The notes under the pieces: generated by a model
The model's database searches: none
What the model was told of the DNA's origin: nothing
Seen by the model: the letters and a program-made list of their open reading frames with translations, nothing else
In this document: positions 49,514 to 61,982 of the stretch, one piece after another
How positions within the stretch are numbered: position 1 is the stretch's first letter
Layout of the letters: every line of letters starts with the position of its first letter
Program-made: the position numbers and the translations under genes
Assembly (NCBI RefSeq): GCF_018350175.1
Contig: NC_058368.1
Span: 58,406,001-58,470,000, forward strand
Origin: Felis catus
Lineage: Eukaryota
DNA length: 64,000 bases
Direction of reading: 5' to 3'

Positions 49514-50869
49514 GGGAGTGGTGAAAATGGCACCACCCAGCTACCCAGTCTGTTTTCCTGGATCAGCAATTGTGCAACTGTCCTCTGTCGCAGCTCTTGT
49601 CCACACCCCGCTTTTCACTCTCCGTGACCAGGCCCCAGCAGTACCTCTCTCCCCAGATTTGTCTTAGATGAGGCTGTTTTCCCCGGCCCCTTACTTCTGA
49701 AGGACTGCGGCTTTGACCCTTTCCACCCCTCTGCATGAGGGTCTCACCGAACAATGGCCGGAAGCCAGCTGTACCCAGGAACGCCTGCTGAACCTTGGTG
49801 CTGCTAGTGCCCCGAGACTGCAGGCAGGTGCCAGCCCACCCCAGAAAAAGTTTGCAAGATAGTGTAGCAGCAGCTTTTCGGGGATTATGGAAAATCACAA
49901 CACACATCTGGCACCAGGCTTCACCCTTAATGACCTTGTTCCAGCACCAGAGAATGTGGCCATTTTCTGGGGTCTGCTGGACCAGGTGGCCTCAACAGTC
50001 TCTACCAAATGTCCTTCCAGCAGTGAAACCACTTTTCCCCGTGTGGCCCGACAACCTCCCAGACCCCACTCTGTTGCTGGGGATTCACCCTTCCCACCAG
50101 AGCACCACCAGATATCGAGTTGCGGATTTGCAGACTCTGGGCTCCCTTTGTTCACAGTCTTAGTGGAATTTAAACCTCTCCTTTCTCCTTTCTCCCTTTT
50201 TAGTTTAGTCCCTGTGGCTGCTTCCAATTTTCCACTTTCTCTCCAGCTGCTTTTGGAGAAGGATGCTTTTCCTGTATTCTCCTCCCTCCCCCCCACCCCC
50301 CACCGCCCCAGTCTCTGTCCTCTCTCTGCCTGAAAAAGCGGCTCCCTGACCGCCACCGGCTTCTCTCTCCCCGAGTTCACCTCTCCAAGCCACGTATCTG
50401 CTGAATTCTGTGGTTCAGGTTGTGCAGATTATTGTGTTAATCTTCCAATTAGTTTTCTAGGTGTGTAGGATGGTTTAGTGTTGGTGTGGCTGTATTTCAT
50501 GGACACGAGAAACACAAAAAACTTCCATGCTGTTCCACTATCTTGGCTCCTCCTCCTTGACTGCCTACTTCTATGAACACGTTCATGTTCATCATCTGTT
50601 TCTTAACATCAGTATCAAAGTAACATCAATAGATGGCCCAAACTCTCAATATGCTAATTTGATTTGTTCATTATGGAATTCTTACTAAGTAGCTACCAGA
50701 GTATTTGAATTTCACTAGTGTCTTTCATTGAAGCAGAGTCTGATGGAATTTAATGCAAATTATTCTAGCTTAACATTTTTAAATACTTATTTTTTATCTT
50801 TTCATTGTAAATTTAAACACTTATTCCTGTTTTTCATTTGGAAGTAGTACCTTTTATATTTAATCCCTG

Positions 50870-51478
50870 CATAGATCAGGAGTCCCCAGGACCACTCACA
50901 TTTCACTCACCAGCTACAAGTTCATAGGTCCCCAAGATTACCCTCAAGTTTGATAATATTCTAAAAGGACTCACAGAAGTTTTCAAAGCCATTATACCTG
51001 TGGTGATGGTTTATTGCAGTGAAAGAATACTGATTAAAATTAGCAATGGAGAGGTACATAGGGCAGGGGGCAGGAGAGTTCCAAGAATGAGCTTCTAGTT
51101 CATGAAAGCTCCCAGTACAGTCATGCAAACAGTGCTTGCCCCTCCCTGCAGCACAGAATATTGCTGACCAGAGAAGATCATCTGAGTCTTGAGTTCAGAA
51201 TTTTTTTTTGGTGTTCAGTCATGAAGATATGGTAGACCACATACATAACTAATCTTAGTCTCCAGGCCCTCCAGAGATCAGGGGTCAAAACGACACCACA
51301 TAGTCCAAAGCCTCCACCACAAATCATATGGTTAACATAGAGCATGTAATTTGCCCCATGGCACAAAGGTAAACAAACACACTCATCAGAAAAGAGGTTC
51401 TATTGCTTTAAGATCACCACCCAGAAGATGAGGGCAAGGTTAGACCGCCTATTGTCAAAATAAAATCTTTACTGCACA
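50870..51478 (-). mobile_element. MER21-like ERVL LTR
   Basis: gtccccaagattaccctcaagtttgataat...aaggactcacagaa, atggtttattgcagtgaaagaatac...gattaaaattagcaa. Confidence 0.75.
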
Positions 51479-51789
51479 GAACCTTGAAGTTTAATTTATT
51501 CAACTGTACATTTTTATGCATAGCTTGGAGAGAATATGAAAAAATATACTTACAAATTTTCATTAAAACCAAAACATCATTTTTTTCTACTAGTGCTAAG
51601 AAAATTTGTAGAAAATTTCACCACCACCACATTAATTCTACCTCTTCCTCAGTTTATAGATAAAGGAGATAATAATAAGAAAAAAAATTCTTGACCTGGT
51701 ACTCATTAAATTCTTATATCTTAATATGTGAAATTTTACTCTGACCTCCCAAATAAGAAAATACAACTTTAATTTTAAAATTCTGCTCT

Positions 51790-51945
51790 AAAAATCAGGA
51801 GACTGAAAGTCTTATCCTGGCTTTATGACTAATTTGTTTTCTGATTTAGGCAAACAGCTTAACCTTTCTAGAACTCAATTTGCTCCTCTGTAATTAGTGA
51901 GTAGATTGCACTAGATTGATTTTAAATCCCTCACTACCTTTGAAT
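51790..51945 (+). mobile_element. MIR fragment
   Basis: atcaggagactg...tcctggcttt...gatttaggcaaacagcttaacctttcta...ctcaatttgctcctctgtaa. Confidence 0.65.
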
Positions 51946-53810
51946 TTATGTATATTTATACTTCTCATAAAAGAATAACAAGAGATCTATATAAGATTTA
52001 ACCCCAAACAAAGACAGTCATTAAAAGCAACTTTTTTCATGTATTAAAAAGTACTCAGAGAAATAGGTATTTGATTTATTTTTATATTGTCATCATGATT
52101 GTTGAACTGATTTTTATTAAAAACTGTCCTTGATAGGTGTCTGAAAAATTAAAGCATGTGTATTTAAGATGAATTTTAATAACATTAAAAGATAAACTTA
52201 ATTAAATTAGTAATAAACTTATTTCAATACTCAGAGTTAAAATACAGCCTTTTGCTCAATATCCCTGAAGGTTGTTGATTTTGCCTTAATTTTTAGGCTA
52301 TTTATAGTTTTCAAACTCATTTAGAGCTAAAGTGAACAAGCTAAAATAATATAGTACAAACATACTCATTCTTTAATTATTCAAAAGAACTGTTCCCCAG
52401 TGTAAATATCCTGCTGAAATATCAATCATAAGATAAATAATAGTTTAAGGTAGCTAATAATGTGTACTAATTACCCATTCTTTATATATTTTATGTTCTG
52501 ACTACAATAATGTATTCTTTCTTGTTGTATATACCTTGAAATAGCATATTTACCCTGGCAAGTATTTCTCAAGTAAAATATTTATGTCTGCTAAGAAAAT
52601 GTTTTATTTGGCTATTTCCTAATGGACCCAATGTTGGTTTCAGTAGCAAACATTTGTTTTTCCAGAAAATGTTTCCAAAATGGACTATTACTTTCAAGGG
52701 TTTTGGCAACTGTGTTGTATGGGCAGTAGGTTTAGCCAACTGTCTTTCCATCTGCTACTCTTGCTTCTCTGCAATTTTTTCCCAATTAGCCAGAAACACT
52801 TTAGAGATCCCAGTGGCTTCCTGGAAAAAAAAGCATATTTGTTCCACTAAGGTAAATCAAACATTTACAACAATCCACATTTAATGCAACCTTACTAAGA
52901 GATTATTACACATTACCTGAATTATTTTGAAGTTAGTGAACTTTCTGTAACATTTCCTTTTAAGGTGACTAGGTAGCTTTTTAAAATAGACCATTAATTA
53001 AATTATTAAAAATAGTTCCACAGATATCCAATACTAAATTAGAAATATAGCATTTGAAAGCTAAAAACCTGGTGCTTGAATTTTCTAGTACAAATCTAAA
53101 GTAGTTGTATTTACTAACATAATAAATTGATATATTCAGAAGTATAAATATTTGCCCAGTTTTTCAAAATTACAAAATAAGAAAATAAGCATGCTCTTTC
53201 TAAATTTACTTCAATTTTCAAACATTTCTGAAATAAGAACAACTGAAGTTTTAAATTAAATATTCATGAAAAATCTATTGTTTTGTATCTGCTACTTCAT
53301 ATAACTTTATTTGGATGTCTGATTTGACTAGATTTATGTAGAGAGTAATATTAAAATTAATTTAACAAATGTATTCAATCAATTGATGAGACTTTGTCAA
53401 TTATATAAGTTGGGGTTGTAGAAATGATATTTAGTGTACATTAATTTATGTGTCCATCATAGAAAGAGTGATGAGTGGTTACTGGAAGCAGATTTGTTTC
53501 TTATTTATTTTCCTGGTCCTTTAAAGCATAATACTTCTTAGAACAATTTTGGCTACTGCCCTTTCTTAAGCATGCCAACAAGGCTGGTCTCCTCCGAACC
53601 TTACCACATTGCTTCCCACTCTCATATTTCTGGCTCCTTCACTCATTGGCTCATATTTTTATACTACAAATCCAGTTTGGCCTTCTTCCTTATCCAGTCT
53701 CTCCTCTCTGGCTTAGTGAATTCAAAGCTCACTTCAAACACCAAAATCTAACTTGATGGTGTCTCTTAATTCTGAAGTGCCTGAAGTTGCCTGAAGCATT
53801 TGATGAACAC

Positions 53811-53868
53811 CTTTTTTCCCCTTTTTGTTTTCCTTCTTTTCTCTTTTCTTTGTTTACATTTTCTTTTC

Positions 53869-53905
<37 letters not shown>

Positions 53906-53907
53906 TT
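53811..53907. repeat. (TTTTC)n / poly-T tract
   Basis: Directly visible. Confidence 0.9.
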
Positions 53908-54313
53908 GGATGCTGGTGTAAAGCCTTTATGTAGAAAGATTGGTAATACAATTCATTTTTATAGGTTTTTATTTTTGATGGCTTATATGTTGACATGAAG
54001 ATGTAATGCCCTTGCTCAACAGAATGAAAAGAAGATTCTCTTGTTAGGGTTTTCAGGGCTCACTAAGAAACACACCTCTTCTTCATATGGGTTCTGAATC
54101 AATTGAAAAATAATAGAATCAGTAGATGGAACATGAAGCATCATCACCATTACTAGTAATTAAATTAGATAAGACTAGAGCATGGTTAGCATAGACTAAC
54201 TCCTACCCTCTCAGTCCAGATCTGGAAGAGATAACTGAGGAAAATTTCATTTCTGTAGAGTAAATGCCTTTACCTATTCCCCTGCCTCTCATTGGTTTAA
54301 CAGAAAAGAGACA

Positions 54314-54349
54314 ACTGATCAGACTGATCCAACTGATCCAACTGATCAG
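54314..54349. repeat. 9-bp tandem repeat x4 (ACTGATCAG/ACTGATCCA)
   Basis: Units begin at 54314, 54323, 54332 and 54341. Confidence 0.9.
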
Positions 54350-55367
54350 AATAGACAAATTATATCCATTTATTAATTAGGTAATTGGATGAAGATTAAG
54401 AGAGTAGAAAAGACACCAGGAGTGTAAAGGAAATTCTTTGGTGATCCAAACTCCCAATATGCTACTTTAATTTGTTCACCATGGAATTCTTGATAAGGGC
54501 TACCAAGATTGTCTGATTGCACCAGTGTCCAGTTATGAGACCTTATTCTCTGAAGTATCAACCAGAAGAATCTCCATTATGTGGAGGAAAGCTCTGTATT
54601 CTCTCTAGCAGAAAGCTAGTAGTATGAGTCCTAACTTAGAGTTTGCCTTGTACATGAGATGTGGCTGGGTAATGGGAATAAACTGAGTATGCCTGAGTTA
54701 CAGAAATTCTGCTACTAGGAGCTTAAATACATATTTCTCATCACTTTTATTCTCCTTGAGCATTCTATCCCTGGGCAGATTGACTATAACTTTATCTTTG
54801 AAAATGGTAGATAAATGAAACAAACAAAAAAAAAGGATGTAGTATAGTTTCAAGATATGTAAGATAGGCACCTTTTTAGACACTTATTTTCCAATCCTTA
54901 AGATTGTTCTACAGTTTCAAAATAGACAAAATATCTCATGCCATTAATTACATTACAGTAAAATAGTTACATGATACAAATAAATTTTATTTGAGAAAAT
55001 TTTGTTTCTAAAAAGCAAGATCTATAAGGAAAAATTATTTTATTTTCTTTTGACTGTTGTAACTCAGTATTTAAAATAGTTCCTGACTCATAGTAAGACA
55101 TATTTGTTAAATAAAAACAACTAAGAATAAATCATACTTAATTTGGGTTTGTGAATTTCATTTAGCACATTGACCTAGCATTAAACTTTTTATTTTTCTA
55201 ATTTCTTATGTGGAAAATTTGATAGGTGATACTGTACAAGTGGATACTTTAGGAAATGTGTATGTGTAAGATCACTGTGACTCTATGTGACTGTATTTAT
55301 TATCTATCTATCTATAATTTATTGGTAAATTAGATGGTATGAATAGATCACTGATTTTTTTTCCAGA

Positions 55368-55837
55368 TGTGTTAATCAAGGTTCTCTTCTCCAGAGAAAC
55401 AGAACCAATAGGATATATATGGATATGTAAGAGGAGATTTATTACAGGAATTATTTCACATGGTTATGGAGGCTAAAAAGTCTCATGATATGTTGCTTAC
55501 GAGGTGGAGAACCAAGCAAGTTGGTGGTGTAATTTATTCCAAGTCCTAAGGCTGGAGAACCAGAAGCTCTGATGTCCAAAGGCAGATGATTGATTTCTGA
55601 ACTCGAGGAGAGAGAAAATGAATTTGCCTTTCCTCTAGCATTTTGTTCTATTGGGGCCTTCAATGTGTTAGATAATACCTACCCACATTAGTGATGGTAA
55701 ACCCCTTTTACTCAGTGTACAAATTCAAATGCTAATTTCTCCCAGATATCCTCATAGACACACCCAGAAATAATGTTTACCAGCTATCTGAACATTCTTT
55801 AACCCAGTCAACCTAACACCTAAAGTTCATTATCATA
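55368..55837 (-). mobile_element. MLT2B-like ERVL solo LTR
   Basis: ttctccagagaaacagaaccaatagga...gagatttatta...ttcaaatgctaat...agacacacccagaaataatgttt...cccagtcaa. Confidence 0.85.
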
Positions 55838-55919
55838 CCAAGGAATTTTTTTCAGCCAAGCAAAACTCTAATAGAGCTAGTAGAGAGCAAATATTCAGTT
55901 TTCAAAAGCAATATACACA

Positions 55920-56070
55920 GGGGTGCCTAAGTGGCTCAGTTGGTTGAGCATCCCACTTGATTTTGGCTCAAGTCATGATCCCAGGGTCGTGGGATCAAGC
56001 CCAGCGTCGGGCTCCACATGCCTGCTTAAGATTCTCTTCTCTCTTCCTCTGCCCCTGTCCTCTGCTCAAG

Positions 56071-56110
<40 letters not shown>

Positions 56111-56135
56111 CTTAAAAAAAAAAAAGATTTATAAA
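55920..56135 (+). mobile_element. CAN-SINE
   Basis: Head, (CT)n and A-tail; degenerate TSD AAAAGCARTWTACAC. Confidence 0.9.
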
Positions 56136-57064
56136 AAAAGCAGTTTACACTGGATACAAAGGAAAGAAGTCTCCACAAATTACTTTAAATAATACCAGGT
56201 CTCCTCCTTCTATATTCTCAAAATGTATATGTCTTTTTCTATGTCTATAATAGATGCTAAGATCCTTCTTCTTGTCAAGATTTTCGTGGACTATCTTCCT
56301 CTATTCCTAGGACTTCTCCCTCAATTTATAATTTTCATGTGAAGTATCATTTTCACTTATTTGCCAACAATTGGAAATAACTTTGCACACCATTGTCAGT
56401 AGCATTATTTCATAAATTATTAAATTATTGATATCATTGTTTAGTAAGTACATATTAAAATACTACTTAAGTTTGCATTTTATACCATGGATATTCTCCC
56501 TCTTCTAAGAATCATGTTTTGCTTCATTTATATGTTAACTTTATTCTAGAACCAGCGGTACAAAGTGTTACTGAATAATTATGGACTATCTTTGACATCT
56601 GCTACAATACTTAAATTCTTAACCTCTAAGATTATTGACAGCAAATTGTCATCTTCACTGCATTTTTTCTTGATTTAAAACATAGAGAAAGTTTAGGCCA
56701 TGTCCAGAGTCTCTTCAGAATAACAAAAATATTTTAGCAACTTTTGGCAATTATTCTACTGAATATTGGAAAATAAAAAGTTAGCAGGAAAAAAATAATT
56801 GCTGTTTATTTGGCCTTTACCTACATATGCACACTAAGGCAAAAAAGAAAAAATTAGTACACATAAACAAGCCTTCTCTTTGTTTTCAAGCACTTTTTCA
56901 TAATATCCACACTTTAATATTTGGTGGATAATGTGATTCCTATAATGGCTCTTTAAGAGAAGGTATATAAACATTTTTGTTATAGTCTTTCTCATGAGAT
57001 AACTTCTGGATATGTACCTGGATCTATAATGTTACATTCTGCCAAAATATATTCTTTTTCTTTA

Positions 57065-57255
57065 CTTCTTTTTTTAAATGTTTATTTATTTATTTTGAAA
57101 GAGACAGAGAAGGGGGAAAGGGGCAGAGAGAGAGAGAGAGAAGGAGAGAGAGAATCCCAAGCAAACAGAGCAGACACAAGGCTTGATCTCACAAATCATA
57201 AGCTGAGCCAATATCAAGAGTCAGAGGCTTAACCAACTGAGCCACTCAGAATCCT
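57065..57255 (-). mobile_element. CAN-SINE
   Basis: (GA)n, gaatcccaagca, tcaagagtcagaggcttaaccaactgagccac. Confidence 0.9.
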
Positions 57256-57259
57256 CTAT

Positions 57260-57545
57260 TTCTTTTTAATTGAAGTTTAATTGGCATAAAACATTGTACT
57301 TGTTTCAGGTATAAAACATAATGATATGATATTTGTATATATTGTGAAATAATCACCACTGTAAGTCTAGTTAACATTTGTGATGAGGACTTTTAAGATC
57401 TTCTTTCTTAGTAACTTTCAAACATGCAATACAGAATTATTAACTATAGTAGCCATGCTGTTCACTATAGCCCCATGATTTTTTTTAAATAACTGCAAGC
57501 TTGTACCTTTTGAAGTCCATCCCATATTTCACCCAACCTCACTAC
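57260..57545 (-). mobile_element. L1MA9-like 3' end
   Basis: caggtataaaacataatgat...tattgtgaaataatcaccac...cttagtaactttcaa...caatacag..ttattaactatagt. Confidence 0.75.
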
Positions 57546-57779
57546 TTCCGATTCTTGATTGGGTCTGGGAGCTCATGGAGCTCTGATGGCCTGCTTTAAA
57601 ATCTGCTCTTGGCAACATTATCTGTATGATGTGCAGAATCTTCTGTTTTTCCTTAAATTCTGTTTGGGATAGGGAAGGGGATGTTACAACAAGGGAATGC
57701 GGATCTCTGGGATGACAAGGAGCTCTGTGGGAGTACAGAGACATCTTTTAAATTCCCCTGTGACAGTGGTACACTGGGA

Positions 57780-58050
57780 AGTGTGTTGGAGTCATATTAG
57801 GATATGTGACTTTGTGAGACTTTTTGAATTTTTCTATTGATGGGTAACATTTCTTTTCTACATCTGAAAGTAGTAAATGTATTCTGCATGTTCTCATTTC
57901 TTTTCTTCTGTATCTTAATTTCTTTTTTTTTAATTTTTGTGATTATATCTCTTAATTTTAGATATTTTCCTTAGATTGAACTCCTACTTTTCTAATTCTT
58001 TCTTCAATTGTATATAATCTGCAATTCTAAATCGTCCTTGATTAAAATTT
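57780..58050 (-). mobile_element. Ancient L1/HAL1 ORF1-like fragment
   Basis: gatgggtaacatttc...ctaattctttcttcaattgtatataatctgc. Confidence 0.35.
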
Positions 58051-59440
58051 TCCCAGTTAGAAAGAGTTCTCAGTATAAGTGTTAGTGTTAAAGTGAAAAA
58101 GATTTAAAAAACTAGGCAGTTGACCTAAAGGAAGCACATTTTTTCTATTAAAAAGACCCCATGTGAACTACATTGTGTCTTAAGGATGACTCACTATATT
58201 TAACCTCTCCAGAGCTTAGTCAAAAACCAGTTGTTACCAGTCTGGGTCTGGACAAAATTTCCTGATTTGGGGGAAAATTAAATAAATAAGTAAAGTAAAA
58301 GCAGTCCTTAGGCACATGAAAACAAGATGTATGAAAGAGTTCTGAGAAAGTTTAGAAATGGAAATCTTGGAAAAATGTGTCTAAAGGACACCATTCTGAG
58401 CAGAAACCTTCCAAACTTCCCTGCCCCTGGGAACACCGTAGTGATTGATATTAGTCATTTCACTGTCAACTTTTCCTCTTGCAGATAAGCAATATTTATG
58501 ATACTAGACAAGCAAACAAGATAGTAGATGTGGGTGTTTGATGCTAGAAAGCAGTTTCACCAAATATAATACAAATCAGGTTAGATAAACAAAAATCACA
58601 ATCACAACAAAGAATGTATTCTTAGGATAACAAAATAATGCTTAAGGAATTCAACTAATTACTATAGCTCAGTTCAGTGTGTTTAACATTAGGAATCTTC
58701 AGTGAGTAGAAACAGAGTTTCAGATGTGCACACTGTGGCTGAGTTGAGGGCCCTAGTCAAAAGTAGTGGGTTTCTCAGCTGATCCTTAATGTGATGAATC
58801 TCCAATTCTGCCAATATTTTTCAAAGTTGACGGAAGTGAAGAAGAGCCCCTCAACTAACTTCTCAGAAGTGCAAGTTAAAAAATAATTTTTAAAATAAGT
58901 GACTGAGGTCTGGAGGTTGATTAATGTACATTATTGTGACAATAACTTATTGATACAGCTAACAAAAATAGAAATATAATCTATTGTATCAATAAATCCC
59001 AGAAAGCCTTGAGTAAACACAGTTTATGCCTGTAACTAGGAGGATAAGAGTTTTGAAGTACAGAGGTAAACTCCACATACTATTTAATATATATACACAA
59101 TATATATATTAATTGTACCTATACATGTTATATATATGCAAACAAATTCTACAGAACACATTCCATTCAGTGCTCATGATTTAGAAAGAAATTCTGTTTC
59201 CAAATCATTTTTGGAAAAGCTGTATAAAGGAAAAAGGCATTAGTCCAGGGACTTATTCAGTTACCTTTTTATTTTTACAATTTTGATTGTACTTTCTTAT
59301 CCTTACCAACTTTGTTCTAGGCTATTTTTTTCCTAATGCATTCAACATTAGTATATATTGTTGAACAAAAAGACCAAATTACAATTGTGGCTTGTGATTC
59401 TTTCAGGACTTTCCATTTATTTTATTTTTAGTACTTTTAC

Positions 59441-59827
59441 TGTTATGGACTGAATTGTATCCCCCAACATTCATATGTTGAAGCCCTAACCCCCAACATA
59501 TTTGGAGACAGGACCTTTAAAGAGACAATGGAGGCTAAATGAGGTCATGACAGTGGGGCTGTAACCTGGTAAGATTGATGTCCCTCTAAGAAGAGGACAA
59601 AATGTCAGACACGGATATCTCTTTGCAAGTGCACAGAGGAAAGGCCATGTGAGGACACAGCAGGAAGGCAGTCTGAAAGCCAGGAAAAGAGGGCTCCCCA
59701 AAAATCAACCATAGCAACACTTTGATCTTGGATTTCCGGACTTCAGAAATGTGACAAAATACATGTCTGTTGTTTAAGCTGCCCAGTCTCTGGTATTCTG
59801 TTACAGAAGCCCTAGCAGATTAATACA
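59441..59827 (+). mobile_element. MLT1B-like MaLR solo LTR
   Basis: TGTTATGGACTGAATTG...GATTAATACA; 5-bp TSD TTTAC/TTTGC. Confidence 0.9.
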
Positions 59828-59839
59828 TTTGCTTACATG

Positions 59840-60690
59840 CTTGAAAAAGCATCAGAAACATAACATGTTTAAAATTGTATTACTCATTTCCTTTATCATC
59901 ATAGTTTGTCATCATCCATTCTTCCCTGTCTCCAGAAATTACAGCCACATCCCCCCAGTGGCTCAAAAAGAGTACGTTAAGCTTATATTTGAATAAACTA
60001 TTTTACATCCACCTATATCCAATGTATAGCAAGTTCCGCCAAATTTATTGCAAGCCCCTGTTTATTTCCAATATATCCCAAATCCATCCAAGTCTTCTAT
60101 TCTCCCTGGATATCAGTCATCTCCAAATCAGCCCCTCTTCTCACTGAGAATATACAATAGCTTCCTCACGTATTTCCTTCAGTCTATACCTACCCTTCTA
60201 CAAATCTGACCTCAGTAGTTTAATTAGTGTAATATTTGGAAACTATAAACCACATCATGTCACAATGCAGCTAAAACCCCTCCAGTAACTTCCCATTGGT
60301 AAGGGTCTTTCCCAACCTCATTTTCTATTTCTATTAGCCTTGTTCACTGCACTTAGCCACTAGAATCTTGATTTGACAAATCTCCAATTTATCAAATAGC
60401 TCATCGGTTCCATTCTGATAATAGAGCTGTTGTACCAGCTCTGTTTTCTTCTTGCATTATTCTTCTTCCTGATCTCTGTGTCCCAGCTCGACTTTCACCC
60501 CCTCAGAGAAGACTTAATATCTCTTCTACCTAAAGATTGCCTTCATCCTCAACGACTAGTTAACTTTTTGCCAGGTTTCTGTGTGAGTTCCTTTTAACAC
60601 TTAACAGGATCTGAAATTACACTTTTCTTTGTGCTTACAACTAGTGAGTTTTCAATAAATATTTATTCAGTGAGTGGATTAATGAATATT
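59840..60690 (+). mobile_element. L2 3' region
   Basis: atcatgtcac...aaaacccctccagtaacttcccatt; ends caataaatatttattcagtgagtggattaatgaa. Confidence 0.75.
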
Positions 60691-60784
60691 CAATATTTAT
60701 ATTTGTCAGTAATGATACGATGACACGACTGGAAGAATATGTGGGTATGTGGACATAAAACATATAACATACACAAAGAGACAC

Positions 60785-60788
<4 letters not shown>

Positions 60789-60828
<40 letters not shown>
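60789..60828. repeat. (AC)n microsatellite
   Basis: Directly visible. Confidence 0.95.
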
Positions 60829-60831
<3 letters not shown>

Positions 60832-60869
60832 ATATCATTGAGGCTGGGAGAGAAGGCTTACTCACATTA

Positions 60870-61020
60870 AGATTATTTTGGTTGCAAATTAAACAATAAA
60901 AGCAAAGGGAAACTTTTTAGAAGAATACAGGGATATTGAAGGGATTGTGGTACAAGAAGTCTTAACAAAAGTAAATTGGGCTTCAGGGTCAAGTGCAAGT
61001 AAGGACTTGAAGTTAGCTTG

Positions 61021-61064
<44 letters not shown>

Positions 61065-61360
61065 CCCCCCCTTTTCCCTCTCCCCCTCTCTTTCCCTCCT
61101 GCCACTTTCCTTTGCTCTCATTTGTTTTAGCATTTTCTTTCTGAAAACAGAGGGAGTCCATACTATTGTCAACTTAGAAGTTTCATATCTCCGGTTTTTT
61201 CTCAATTCCAGTTTAAGAAGTATGAGGGACTATTCTGAGTGACTATGTTAGTGGCTATGGTTCGTTCATACTCCAACACTGTGGCCAGAAGAGAGAGGTC
61301 ATGTAAAAAAGTGTGATTCCCCATCATAACCATGTAGATATGCAGCTATGTGTGGGTAGG
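60870..61360 (-). mobile_element. Old LTR remnant (MLT1K/LTR33-like) containing (CT)n at 61022-61062
   Basis: ttggttgcaaa...agcaaagggaa...actgtggccagaa; family uncertain. Confidence 0.35.
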
Positions 61361-61630
61361 AAGGAGAGCTCTATTTCTAGAATGGACCAACACTAGGAAT
61401 ACTATACCGTTGAAATCCTCCCCAGCAAGGTTACAAAAGTAATTATTCACCAAGATGATCTCCAACAGAAGTGTAAAACGTGGTTTTTCAAAACTACTAT
61501 GCTGCACTTCACCCCCACTTCTTTTGTTCATTATGAGTTTGGCATAAATCAGGAAACTTGGGTTGGCCGAAGATTTGATTCTTTTAAACTCTTACTGATT
61601 CTTATTCTAATTTTATTCACAAAATTGTAT

Positions 61631-61982
61631 TGACTTAGTCCATACAGGATTCTACAGCAGAATATCATAAACTGGTAACTTATGAGCAATAAAAATTTAT
61701 TTCTTACAGTCCTAGAAGCTGGCAAATCCAGGATCAAGGCACTGGCATACTTGTCTGGTGTCTGGTGAAGTCCTGTTGGCTGTCTTCTTGCTGCATTCTC
61801 ACTTGTCAGAAGGGGTGAAGGGGCTCCCTGGGGTCTCTTTTGTAGGGGCACTAATCCATTCATGAGGGCATCACCTCATGACCTAATGACCTCCCAAAGG
61901 CCCACCTCTTAATACCATCTCATTGTGTGCTAGGATTTAAGCATATGAATTTGAGGGTTACACACACCTTCAGTCTATGGTG
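61631..61982 (-). mobile_element. MLT1A-like MaLR solo LTR
   Basis: aatttatttcttacagtcctagaagctgg...ggcactaatccattcatgaggg...acctcccaaaggcccacctcttaatacc...catatgaattt. Confidence 0.9.

Larger units (their letters stand above)
43268..50556 (-). mobile_element. Full-length (~7.3 kb) inactivated felid-type LINE-1
   Basis: Minus strand begins GGAGGAGGAGCCAAGAT at 50556; ~2.1 kb 5'UTR, ORF1, spacer, ORF2, 3'UTR and A-rich tail. Confidence 0.97.
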
